Positions 13,122 through 25,272 of a stretch of 64,000 nt of DNA are shown here, in pieces. Each line of letters starts with the position of its first letter. Positions within the stretch are counted from its first letter, which is position 1. Origin of the DNA: Octopus vulgaris. Taxonomy: Eukaryota. The stretch covers positions 97,774,001 through 97,838,000 of the forward strand of contig OX597814.1 of assembly GCA_951406725.2 (NCBI GenBank), written 5' to 3'. Below the pieces are notes generated by a model that saw nothing but the letters and a program-made list of their open reading frames with translations, was not told where the DNA came from and searched no databases. A program made the translations under genes and the position numbers.

Positions 13122-14520
13122 TTTTATGAGAGCACATTCTAGAAAAGGATTTTCAAAATCATTGAATATTTATTTCTCATTCCTGAATGAGATATGCCAT
13201 TATTACTTTTTTAATACAATTTCTTCCTGCTTAAGAATTTAAGTTCTCTGAGGATTGTTGATGTTGTTATACGTCGGAAAATTAATTTATATTTGGGGAG
13301 GTGGGGAAAACATTACACTATCAGGCAATCGAAGGGACATAACTATAACTTGTCTGTAATCCTCACCACAACTACAATATGGTTTAATAAACAAAAACAC
13401 ATATTCTAATCAAATCTATATTTGGGTGGGGGTTGTAATCTTTCTTTTAAGACGACCGATATTTCAAATTACATAATATAATAATAATGTCAAGGCAATC
13501 CTGTCGAGGTATGTCTTACATTCCAGACTATCAATTATCATGAATACTAGAGACTATCAATTATAATGAATACATCATTGAGTTTGAGGATATTTTGGTT
13601 ACAAAAATTTAAATAAACAAATAAACAGAAACATTAATAAAAACAGTTTCCTGGTAGTCTCAGGGGGAATCATTAAGAAATTGGATATAGAAAATAATTA
13701 TATAATATCAATAAAAACAAAAACATTTAAGTGTAAAGACATTAACGCTAGTATCGGAAATTAATTACTCTAAAACTAATTACTTAATCTCATTTTGAAG
13801 AAGAGTATACGTCATTCCAAATGGTAGAAATAATAACCAAATCTCCCTCAAATCACATCCTATGAGGACGAAGGACATGTCTTTGATACACATCAAAAGA
13901 TGGGTGGCCACAATTGGAATGCTTTGTATCGTAGATTTGTTTGGTCAGGTGACCCGCGGATAAACAACATGAATGCAAAATATAAACTGGGGATATATTT
14001 TATCTTATCTGTTTTCACGACAACGATATACGAGTTAACATCATCAGAAAATGTTTATGACGCCTGGAAATAAAAATTGTTTATATTTGTTTTGTTTGTT
14101 TTTTAGTAAACATTTGCGTCATCCAATGAATGACTTCATTTATTTCATTAAAACTTATCGCCCAAATATTTTACAGTATTTCAAATTTTAAATCATTTAT
14201 CTATACTATATCTCTATTACATTTGTTATTTCTTATTATATACATATATATAAATATATATTTAAGAAGACGAAGAGCAGAAACGGTGTTGCAGTGAACT
14301 GAAAATAAATAAGATTCGAGTTCAGATCCCGCCAGGGTCGACTTTGTCTAACAAACTTCCGGGTTGAGATAAAGGTACCAGTCACGTACTGAGGTTGATT
14401 TACTCACCTACAACCCCCACCTAAAGTTTGTAGCCTTGTGCCAACGCTAAACAAGTTAATATTTACATATTTTAATTTTAAGAAAGAAAATTAGAGAAGA
14501 ACTAAAATTTAATAGCAAAC

Positions 14521-14596
14521 CTTTATATTTGAAGGATGAAGGCACCAGATAATCATCATTAACTTCAATGCGAAGAATTGCCAGCGATACGAGCAT
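14521..14596 (-). CDS. Probable first exon (coding part) of the minus-strand gene
   Basis: ATG...MLVSLAILRIEVNDDYLVPSSFKYK+G then donor GTTTG; phase 1 matches exon 2531-2355; lies in a CpG-retaining region just downstream of a YY1-type motif. May be 5' UTR rather than coding. Confidence 0.5.
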
Positions 14597-14664
14597 CTGT
14601 GATTTAGTAAATAGTTTCAACGCAAAAAGACATTAAATTTATGCCTCATTTACAACACAAGCTG

Positions 14665-14676
14665 GCCGCCATTTTG
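14665..14676 (-). promoter_or_regulatory. YY1-type motif CAAAATGGCGGC near the putative TSS
   Basis: Exact match on the minus strand to the YY1 consensus that typically sits just downstream of TSSs; the surrounding 11.9-15.4 kb retains CpGs while flanks are CpG-depleted. Confidence 0.6.
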
Positions 14677-15528
14677 TTCAGTTCTCATGGGTTGACTACA
14701 AAATCTAAAATTGAGAAACGTTTTTCGTTTTATTTTACTAGAAAACATTAGCAAATTTAGCAAATATTTCCAACATTTTCTGATGTAAGATAATATATCT
14801 AGCGTGTCAATTACTTAATATTTTAGAACATCGTTAACAATATTCATTCAGACCTAATGAATAAAAATTATTCCACAACTAAAACTGAAAAGAAACACCA
14901 TGAAACAGGGTTTTTCTGAAAAGCCGTTGTTAAAAACAAATTCAACAACAGCAAAATATTGTATTGTAAAAATGTGTAATATTAATTTGATTTCAATAAA
15001 TACTGATTGGAAAGATTTACACGTAGGTTGCGAGGTTTAAAAATTCGATTAAATTATACATTTCCAGAGTTATCTATCAACTATGATAGTTCTCAGTTAT
15101 TCAGCAACTAAATTACCACCTATCAATTTTAACCAGCGAATGTTTGTTTTGCAAATTTCCTTTAAAACAATAAATTACATTTTTCCGAAGATAAATACAA
15201 TGTGTGTGTGTGTGTGTATGTGTGTGTGCGCGTGTGCGTGAGTGTGTGTATGTAGTACCTGTCAAAAATGACGGGGTTTATTTGGAATATAGTATGGAAG
15301 CTTAAATTTTGCATAATGGCTTGCAATTACATATACGATTGGACTTGCAAACAGGTTACCAAAGCAGTATTTAGAAAAGTAGGGATATTATAGAATACAT
15401 CATCATAGATAATACACTGACACGTATACGAAAGATTCAAGTACACGCACACATATGCAAATAAATACATTCGTGTGTATGCATACGTATATATGTGCAT
15501 GTGTGTGTGTGTGTATTATAAACATACA

Positions 15529-15713
15529 GGCGCAGGTGTTTCTGTGCGGTAAGTAGCTTGCTTCCCAGTCATGGTTCCTGGTTCAGTCCCACTGTATAGC
15601 ACCTTGGTCAAATGTCTTCTACTATAGCCTCAGGCCAACTAAAGCTTTCTGAGTGGATTTGGTAGATAAAAACTGAAAGAAGCCCATCGTATGTGTGTGT
15701 GTGTTGGTGTGTT

Positions 15714-15764
<51 letters not shown>

Positions 15765-15993
15765 ATACATATGTGTATGTGTCTTTGTGTTTGTCCCCCA
15801 CCACCACTTGACAACTGGTATTGGTGTGTTTATGACACCCCAAAACTTAGTGGTTTGGCAAAAGAGACCAATAAAATAAGTACTAGGCTTAAAAAAATAT
15901 AAGTCCTAGTGGCGATTTGTTTGACTAAAATCCTTCAAGGCAGTGCCCCTGCATGGCCACAGTCAAATGACTGTAACAAGATAGTAGATAAGA
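15529..15993 (+). mobile_element. tRNA-derived SINE (family A) with internal (TA)n/(TG)n
   Basis: A-box and B-box head (gtgcggtaag...ggttcagtccc); body matches 58368-58826. Confidence 0.85.
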
Positions 15994-16279
15994 TACAAAC
16001 ATATTTATATATATAAAGGTGATCTTGCTGAATATGTTCACAAGAACAATGTTTTTTTTACCTCTGCTCTCTGGTACAAAATGAAACCAACATAACATTA
16101 AAAATGAGTTAAAGAAAATAATTTTCAAAAACAAAAAAAAAACTCTCAAATAACAGATCTCTCTCCAAAAAGTTGATGTCTATTCATCTGTTAGTTTTAA
16201 CAAAACACTTATGTAGTGCTGTTTTCATTGTTTTACATATCTCATAGTAGACTGTATTGTTCCCCAGTAAAAATAAGTT

Positions 16280-16680
16280 TGTTGTTCTAGACATCAACAA
16301 AGTTTTTGTTTTGCTGATGTCTGGCATGCATATCTCCTATAAAAACTTCCTGTATACAAGCTCTGCTTTTTTCTCATGTCTTGGATCAATAGCTTCTTAT
16401 CAGATTGCAACATTGTGGTAAGTGTTGACTGAGCTCTCTCTGCCTCATTCTCAGTCAATTCTAGTGTTCCCTAGGATTCAGTTCTGTTCCTCAATCTCTT
16501 CCTTCTATACGTCAATCACCTATTTGCACCTCAGTCGCCACTTTTATGTAGATTATATGACTTTTCATAACATGACTCCCTAACCTTCCATAACCCTGAA
16601 TCTTCCACATACAACCTAGAGATTTCATGCCAAACCTGCATTAATCCTATAAAACACAGACTTTGACAGCATCCTCCAAG
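16280..16680 (+). mobile_element. Decayed CR1/Jockey-group RT fragment
   Basis: Residual LDINK, VWH, WINSFLSD, VNSSVP*DSVL and LFLLYVN motifs in the expected order. Confidence 0.55.
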
Positions 16681-16865
16681 GAAGCAAGACAAGTCAATCA
16701 TATGTGTGTGTATGTATGTATGTATGTATGTATGTATGTATATGTAAGTATTTGTATATTTATGTATATGTGTGTCTGTCTATATATGGGACCAGCACCA
16801 ACAGGGTCACCAAGTACCTTGCAAGACAAAACCCCTCAACTTGGAGTGGGAATTAGTAGTGATAG

Positions 16866-17031
16866 CAGAGCTGGCTCAAGATACCAGAAACTTGGGCAGT
16901 TGCCCAGGGCACCATGTGCTAGGGGGCACCAAGGAGGGCATGACAAAGACAACAAAGTTTCCATGACTATCAGCTTGTACATGCCAAACTTCAGCTTACC
17001 CAGGGTGCCAACAACCCTAGGGCTGACCCTG
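16866..17031. mobile_element. Non-autonomous hAT MITE, 166 bp
   Basis: Perfect 8-bp TSD AGTGATAG (16858-16865 and 17032-17039); imperfect CAG...CTG TIRs. Confidence 0.8.
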
Positions 17032-18612
17032 AGTGATAGGGAATGACTTTGTACCTGTTGAGGGATTAAAGTTATAGAGAGACAAAGATAGGTGTTTTGT
17101 TGTAGAGTAGATTCATGGATACCTCCAGTTGGAAAAGAAAGGAGAGTGAGAGAATAGGATTAAGAGAGCAATAGTGAGAGAGATGATGGTGAAGATGTGT
17201 CAGGACATGTCCTCGTGTGTCATTGAGGGTTGCAAGAATAAATGAGGTAATACAGAGGTTTGGACTGGGTGAATGGACAGGATAGAGGTGACTATGGCAA
17301 ATGATGGAGTAAAATATAGGAGAGGCTCGAGGGGCGTGGGGGGAGGGGTGGTTGCAGTAGGTATCCGAGGGCACTGAGGGTGATAGCAGGATGGAGAAGA
17401 ACATAGGGGAGAGAAAATACAGAAAGGAGATGATTAGAGGAGATAGTGGGCAGTGGGGGACAATCAGAAATGGAAGTGGCTTCAGGTAAGGGAAGAGAAG
17501 TAGCTGAAAAATCCAGAGTGGAGTAGTGTATGTCTATTCTGCTCTCGGGTGATGGAGTGGTGATGAGTATTAGGGGACGAAATGTGGAGGGGGAAAAGGT
17601 TGATGATGGGGCAGAGAAGATAGAGAAGGGGTGGGGCAGAGCCTCTTACAGACAAGCATTACCAAGGTCATTTTAGGATATCAATTCTGCTGTGGTGGAA
17701 AGGGCTTCTTGAACACAACAAATGTCAGATATCTCAGTCCTTTGTTGTCTCCTTCATAAGGCTCACCGTTTTGAGATTGGCCTTCAATATTTTGTCCCAA
17801 GTTCCATCCACTTTAAGTCATTGCCTCTTCTTTTTTGCAACTGCCCTCATCCATTCATGTCACATGATGAAACCAGCACATTCTTCTCTCTTGCACATTG
17901 CATCTAATTCCTCTTATACCTAACTTTTCATTCAATCCGCTAGCGCTTTGTCGCACATGTACTCTGACATTGCACATCCAGCAGTGTATACAAGGTTCAA
18001 TCCTCTCAAGTTTTCACATGCCTTCTGCATTCAGGGCCCACGTTTCACTACCAAAGATATACTACTTCAGTACATAACATATATATATAAGGCTGTGTGG
18101 TAAGAAGCATGCTTCCCAACCACAGAGTTTTGGGTTCAGTTCCACAGTGTGGCACCATGGGTAAGTATCTCCTACTTCAGCCTCTGGCTAACCAAAGTCA
18201 TGTGGGTGAATTTGGTATACAGAAACTGAAAAAAGCCCATCATATGTATATGCATATACAATATATATATATGCTATATACATACGATATATATATATAT
18301 ATACACTTATAAATTTCACATGGGTAATTCTTTCTTGTCTTGGGATTAAGTCAAATGGCTGGGTGGAATTCCGTAAAAAATTGCACAGGTGTGTAGAATG
18401 ATGTGGTTGTGATGCTGGGTTTTGTACGTTTCTCATAGCTCCTATGGTTACCGAGATAATCTACTACAATACTACTTTTGTTTTCATAATTTGTCTTAGT
18501 AATTTCCCGTTGTTTAACGATAATTTCCATAGCATATTTTGATTGCCTCAATAACCGATGAGATGCCAGAGCAGGTTTCCGCCCCATTTTTTACAGATAT
18601 ATATATGATATA

Positions 18613-18654
<42 letters not shown>

Positions 18655-18921
18655 TCATCATCATCATCATACATATATATACAAGATAAGAAAATGGGGA
18701 AATACATCTAAATCAAATATCAATTACCAGATAATACTCAATCATATACTTTATTAAACCACCACATAAGAGACTGTAGGGTTAAATATAAAAAGCAGAA
18801 CAAATCAGTGTACATAAAGGAATGTACATAAAAAAGTGTACATACAAGAGTAATGTTGTATAATAAGTAGAATATATATAAAAGAGAATATAAATATAAG
18901 TAAATATGAATATAAGTATAG

Positions 18922-19061
18922 ATTACATCTTACAGCTGTTTCAGCCATGTAGATAAGTATGTCTCATTTTACCAATATTAGCCCTTTATGGTTGGTCAAT
19001 ATATAGATATAAATGAGACATTTACAAAAATATCATAAGGCCTCTTCGGAGATTATGTAAT
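18922..19061 (-). ncRNA. Type I hammerhead ribozyme (PLE-associated, long stem II)
   Basis: Minus strand: stem I AUCU, core CCGAAGA (19049-19043), stem II GGCC...GGCU enclosing an 11-bp helix AUGUCUCAUUU/AAAUGAGACAU, GAAA, palindromic stem III CAGCUG, cleavage triplet GUA, stem I' AGAU. Confidence 0.8.
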
Positions 19062-20203
19062 ATAAATCAGTCTACATATATACCCACATGGGTGTGGGTG
19101 CATACCCATAATACAACATATACATATACATTTGAGTGCATATACTCACACTCTTATACATATAAAAATATACATATACATAATGATATAAATAAATAAT
19201 ATAAATTAGTATACATATATATGTGTTCCACATTCAATGTCTCAGTTTTTCAACTTAATATTGTGATAATAAACATACACAAATTAATACCTAGATGCAA
19301 ATATACATAGTCAATAGTACATTATATTACTTCATAATAATTTCTAAAGTGTCATTAAAGTTAGCATCATTATCGTTGTCAATACCATTAATGTTACCAT
19401 TATTATCATTCATGATATTATTAACAACGCTTACATTAGGATCCAGAGCGGTATATATGTATGTCTGGGTTCCAGTTAATAATTTTCCTTATGACATAAA
19501 TACACTATTGGATTTGAATTTAAAATTATCATTATCTTCCTCACGGTTGGTCAATTGAGAGCCGCCCGACCCCCACCATACCGCACAAGCAAAACATACA
19601 CATCCACATCTAACCCCAAACCCACACATCCACACAGAAACTCACACACACATGCACACACACATGAATACACCCCGACACATCTTTACACATTCAAAAA
19701 ATTGCAGAGTGCATGTCTGTCATCCCATGGCTTATAGACATATCAGTACAGGCAGCAGTGTCTAACACTAACACACACACTCACATGCACATCCGCATAT
19801 ACGCATAAATATTAATACACTTTCCTATACTGTGTCAGGGAACTTTCGCACACACATATATATATATTTAAATATATATCTGCGCACTCATATGTACAAA
19901 TAAAACCTATATTTATATCCACCCATGAATGAATATTCGCATATACATATATACATATCCAAGTACGCACCTGCATGCTCATATGTGTAATAAAAACATA
20001 CATCCGTGCATCCACCCATGATCATACCTACATGTACAAAAACATACATACGTACACATACACATTTTCACACACCTACAGAGGTTACTATTAATTTAGA
20101 ATAAGTTTATTAATTATAAATTAAATTAATTATAGATTAGTAAGTGCCAAATAAACAAAAATAAAAATAAATAATTAAATAAATAAATATGAATATATAT
20201 ATA

Positions 20204-20500
20204 TAAAGGCAGACTGTATGATGCATGTGTACGAACAGCTATGCTACATGGCAGTGAAACATGGGCCGTGACTGCTGAGGGACACATAAGAAAACACCAT
20301 CCGAGCGTGGCCGTCTGCCAGCTTCGTCTGGCACCTGTGTCGGTGGCACATAAAAAACACCATCCGAGCGTGGCCGTCTGCCAGCCTCGTCTGGCACCTG
20401 TGTCGGTGGCACTGGCCTGGTGCAGCCTTCGGGCTTCCCAGACCCCAGTTGAACCGTCCAACCCATGCTAGCATGGAAAGCGGACGTTAAACGATGATGA
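20204..20500 (+). mobile_element. Internally deleted RTE copy nested in the PLE 3' region
   Basis: KGRLYDACVRTAMLHGSETWAVTAE-coding piece joined directly to 3' UTR repeats and the (GAT)n tail. Confidence 0.8.
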
Positions 20501-20802
20501 TATATGTATAGATAAATAGATAAATAAAATGGAATACAAATTAAGGAGGGCACAAAGATAAACCTAATATAGTAAGTATAAGTGGATATGCCGGAATGCA
20601 CCCACATGCACATACATGTGCATGCATGCCCCCGCACGGACACGCGAGTTCATGGTCGGGCACACCCGCACACGTCCCTCTCGCACACACGATCACCAAG
20701 ATACACACAAGAACACGCGTACAAGTACACGTGAATGTAAGGACCAATAGTACAGCCCTATATAGATGAATGCTAAAAGGTTACTGGTAGAAGAATTAGA
20801 TG

Positions 20803-21615
20803 TTATTTAAAACTAGAGAAAGTATACGCCAATTTGTGAAGGCAAAAAAAATTTCGCTCATTAATGCTGTTAATAATGGGTTGGCCGGCTTTGATGATGA
20901 AGAAAATTTCATTGATACATAAAGAGCATTTTTTATTTCTACTATTGTATACAGGTGCAGATGTTAGTATTTCCCAATCTAATTTAAAATCTATGTTCTT
21001 ACTCTTGAGTTCCCAGATATACGTACTTAACCCCGTAGAGTTCATCCTATTTTTATTTTTAAAAGTATGTCTATGATAGTTTAGCCGTTGTTTTATACTA
21101 TTTTTAGTCGCACCAATGTACACCCTGCTATTATATTGTGTATTTACAGTGTATTGGTAAACCACCTCTCTCCTCAGGCATTTATTACCAAACACACATT
21201 GATTCTTGCTTCTGCAATTGCAGCCATTAACAGATTGAGGAGATTTAACCCTGGCAGAAATCTCCATAGCCCTATTTCTGTTGATATTATTGCACTTATT
21301 TTCACTACTACCCATGTTTATCCTTCTATCATTATAGAAGCAATCCAATTTCTTGTTGTTGAAGGAGGAGATGATGGTGGCTAGATTATTCGTGATACTA
21401 TATCCTATTCTAATAGTTCTATTGTTAACTATTTGGCTAAATTTATTCTTACCCTTAGTAAATAGTCTATATATTACTTTATGTATAGTTCTGACTATAT
21501 CCGTTTTAATCTGCATTGCATATGGTATTATTAGCCATAATGTATTGTCATCACTATGTGGATTACTCCTCAAGTTGTTATTTTTGGGAAAAACTCTATT
21601 ATTCTTCCAACCCAT
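20803..21615 (-). pseudogene. PLE linker and GIY-YIG endonuclease (open 270 codons; RT missing)
   Basis: CNCRSKNQC, VVYQ...VYIGAT...KQR...H, TGLSTYIWELK, CSLCINE and terminal CLH motifs. Confidence 0.9.
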
Positions 21616-22739
21616 ATGCTTTCTACCCTTAGTATTGTCAATATAATGCCTAGAATTCCCCTTTAGGTTGGTTTTATTAGTGACTTTATTGTTATTCTTC
21701 TTCTTATTATTATTATTGTTTAGATGAACTCCATTATTACCATAATATTATCAATGTTACTATACCTATTGTTAATATCCCTACTCCTAATAGTTCCACC
21801 TGTGTTCGAAGGATTATTATTGGGTATATACCAAATTTTATTTTTGTAGCCTGCCTTCAGCAATGGCGTGTTGTATTTTTCACAATGCTTATTGAATATG
21901 TCCTCGTTTGAGGATAGATAAGAAATAGATAAGAGATTATCTGACTAATACATATATATGTATATATATATGTATGTATATAGGATATATATGTATGTAT
22001 ATAGGATATATATGTGTGTGTGCATGTCTTTGTGTCAGTGTTTGTCTCCCACCCCCATCTGACAATCTTGCTGGTGTGTTTACATCCTCATAAGTAAGTG
22101 GTTTGGCAGAAGAGACTGATAGGCTTAAAAAATGGGTCCAGGGGTAAATTTGTTTGACCAAAACTTTCAAGGCAGTGCCCCAGCTTGGCCACAGTCAAAT
22201 GACTGAAACAATATCATCATCATCATCATCACCATCAACATCATCATCATAAACATTATTTAACATCCTCTTTCCATGCTGGCATGGGTTTGATGATTTG
22301 ACAGGAGCAGGCTAGCCAGAAGACTGCACCAGACTCTAGTGCCTGTTCTGGCATGGTTTTTACAGCTGGATGCCCTTCCTAACACCAACCCCCCTGCAGA
22401 GCGGACTGAGTGTTTTTTACGTGGTACCAGCACAGGCAAGGTCAGTTTCGGTATGATTTTTACAGCTGCATGCTCTTCCAAACCCCAACCACATAACAGT
22501 GTGGACTGGATGCTTTTTATGTGGCACCAGCACTAGCAGGGTCACCAAGTAACTTGCAAGACAAAGATCCTATGAGAGGTCAGGGAACATTGGATGAGGT
22601 GATTTTGTGCCAGATGATGAAAGGTTAGAGTGTGACAGACAGAAATGGGTGTCTTGCTGTAGAGCAGATATATGGTTACCCAACAAGAGAGAGAGAGAGA
22701 GCAGGAGAGAGATGGTGGCAAAGTTCCAGGGCACTTATA

Positions 22740-23410
22740 TATATTCATATTTTTTTCTCTTAATGACTTCTTTCACTTCCTCTGATATGTTAAGGAAGTG
22801 TTCTGTCACTCTTTGTTAAGTACAGCTTAGTGTCACTCAGCAGTTTTGTGTCAACTTGACTTTTTCCATTTTCCAACAAGCTTGTGTGAAACTGTTTCCT
22901 TTCTGCTTAGAAAAAAGAATAGTTGCTGTTGTTTTATTGCTTGTGGAGGCAGTGGTGGTGCTTGTGTTGGACAGTGAAGGAGGTCATGCTTGCTTCATTC
23001 TGAATATACCATGCTCATCGCTGCTGCTGTTTCTGTTTGTGTTGTTGTTTTTGCTATTGTTCTTGTTGTTGATGCTGCTGCTGTCTGTGCTTTGTTTTTT
23101 GACCAGATTGACCTGTGGTGTGAAGTAGTCAAGAAGTAGATCTTTTTATATAACTGGTCAGATTATTACTATTGGCTTCATGTCAACTATTGAACTTGGC
23201 AATAAGAGTGACTCCTCGGTCAACTGACCTTACAGAATTTCAGTTTAGGGAGGATGATATCCAGTAGGTCTGATTCAAAGACCTCCAGTTCTTTGATTCT
23301 GGATTGGAATCTTCAAGATTTAATGTTGTACGTACTGAACACTGAGGGTGGTACTGCTTGGTCAGAGAAGTATAGAATTTCAGTTTCACTACGAAATTTG
23401 AGTTTGGTGA
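22740..23410 (-). mobile_element. Older decayed PLE fragment (N-terminal ORF piece and Asn/Ser-rich linker)
   Basis: Minus frame TYNIKS*RFQSRIKELEVFESDLLDIILPKLKFCKV resembles the N-terminal TYGFKS...ELxxFExDL...KFR block I recall from Naiad-type PLE ORFs. Confidence 0.5.
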
Positions 23411-24016
23411 TGTATGTGTGTGTGTGTGTGTGTGTGTTTGTATGTACCTTTGTCATAACATGGTGTGGTAGTTGTAGATAAACATTACTGTCACATAAGT
23501 GTGCTGATCAATCCCAGTTTTCCATGATAGACATGTGGAAAATATTACCTTGCTTGGTAACAGGTGAGGGTTGGCAACAGAAACAATATCCAGACATAGA
23601 AAATGTACATCGACAAATTCCACCTGATTCATGCAAGCATGGAAATGTGGACATCCCCCCACCAAAAAAAAAAGACACATTTGTTTGTCTACTAGCATAC
23701 ATGTCTATCTACTTAGCCAACTATCTAGGTAACAATCCAACTTTCTATCTGTCTGTCCAACCATTTACCAATACATCATATCTATTTGTCCATCTGTCTA
23801 TCTATCAGTCAATATATCTATTCCTCATTTGTCAATCAATTTACCTTTATACCTAACTAACTATTCAGCTATCTATCAAACTACTTATCCATTTCTCTGT
23901 CCATCATGCTTTTCTAGCTGTTTTAGTTTGTCCATTCCTCTATCTCACTAAACAATCAATTTATCAATCCATCAGAACTAAACTTAGACACAGGTATGGC
24001 TGTGTGGTAAGAAGCT

Positions 24017-24234
24017 GGCAGAAATGTTAGCATGCTGGGCAAAATGCTTAGCAATATTTCATCTGCTGTTACGTTCTGAGTTCAAATTCCACCAAGGTCA
24101 ACTTTGCCTTTCATCCTTTCGGGGTTAATAAATTAAGTGCCAGTTATGCACTAGGGTCAATGTAATCGACTTAATCCTTTTGTCTGTCCTTGTTTGTCTC
24201 CTCTGTGTTTAGCTCCTTGTGGGCAATAAAGAAA
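24017..24234 (+). mobile_element. Nin-domain-like SINE (family B) nested in a family A SINE head
   Basis: gcctttcatcctttcggggt...aaattaagt core; TSD TAAGAAGCT at 24008-24016 and 24235-24243. Confidence 0.8.
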
Positions 24235-24389
24235 TAAGAAGCTTGCTTTCCAATGTGTGGCACATTGAACAAGTATATTCTACTACAAAAGCCTTCTAAG
24301 GGGATTCAGTAAATGGAAACTGGAAAAAGCATGTCATACACACACACACACACTCACACGTGCATAAATAAATTGCACTTCATATTCAA

Positions 24390-24470
24390 AGCTCTGATGA
24401 AGTTATAAGATGTTACCCAAGCACTCAACTATGAATTCACTGCAACGTATAGCAGAAACAACTGTAAGCT
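24390..24470 (+). ncRNA. Degenerate type I hammerhead ribozyme in an isolated PLE end
   Basis: Stem I AGCU, core CUGAUGA (24394-24400), stem II (A)GUUAUA...UAUAGC(A), GAAA (24455-24458), stem III CAACUG (one change from CAGCUG), GUA, stem I' AGCU. Confidence 0.7.
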
Positions 24471-25007
24471 AATGAAGTACACAAGATTATTCTTTTGTCA
24501 TCTCATTTTCTTGTGTGTATGTGTGTGTGTGTGAGTGTGTGTGTGCGCACATGCAGGCATGTGTGTGTGTGTGCCTTTGTGCCTGTGTTTGTCCTCTATT
24601 ACTGCTTGACAACCAGTGTTGGTTTCTCTGTGTTTCCATTTCACAGCAGTTTGGCAAAAAGAGTCAAACAGAATATGTACAAGACTTTAAAAAAAAATAA
24701 AGTTCTGGGGTCAATTTGTTCAAATAAACCCTTCAGTATGGCTGCAATCTAATGATTGAAACAAATAAAAGATTAAAGATATGAAGTTATTAAAAAATAA
24801 AAGCAAAAACACAAAGCTTATTAATCTATCAAATTGTCTGCCAGTCATTATACCCTAATCAAACCATTTGTTTGTCTACTTGTGAATGTGTCTTTGTTTT
24901 AATAACATTGTATTTTCCTCCTTTTCCTGGCCAGAGGAAGCATACAATCAGTTTCACTGTTTCCCATCACCACTTTCATCATTACTTTTGCAATCATGAC
25001 CAGACCA

Positions 25008-25272
25008 TTATCATCATCATCATCATCATCATCATCATACTCATTATGACCACATCTATTTCCCCACTACCACTATCACTAATAATTTATGATCATAAAC
25101 ACATCATCACATCACTACCCTCACTACTCACAGATACTATCTCAATGCACCACCACCACCACCACCACCACCACCACCACCACCACCATCATCATCATAA
25201 TCATCCTTCTATCTTTTGCACACCATCATTACCACTACCACCACCACCACCACCACCACCACTGTCTCCATC
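25008..25272. repeat. (CAT)n/(CAC)n trinucleotide microsatellites
   Basis: Visible directly; they produce spurious poly-H/T/P/I ORFs. Confidence 0.95.

Larger units (their letters stand above)
18680..21930 (-). mobile_element. 5'-truncated Penelope-like retroelement, Naiad-type
   Basis: RT thumb remnant ISYLSSNEDIF...LLKAGY, Asn-rich linker with one frameshift, CxCx5C motif, GIY-YIG endonuclease, about 2.1 kb 3' region ending in a hammerhead; bounded by (TA)-rich microsatellites. Confidence 0.85.

Noticed and set aside
15529-15600. tRNA genes at SINE heads (also 47200-47276 and 58368-58440)
   Set aside because: A and B boxes are present, but there is no intact cloverleaf and each runs into a SINE body.
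18420-18575. Third complete hammerhead (CCGATGA at 18555; GAAACGTAC on minus near 18430)
   Set aside because: The two core halves lie on opposite strands and no stems close them.
20520-21930. Selenoprotein-coding Naiad with a SECIS element
   Set aside because: Some Naiads use UGA-Sec, but this fragment has ordinary Cys codons and no in-frame TGA in the endonuclease, and I found no convincing AUGA/AA/GA hairpin after the stop.
22856-23128. Hydrophobic membrane protein ORF
   Set aside because: Antisense reading of an (AAC/AGC)-rich linker in a decayed PLE fragment.
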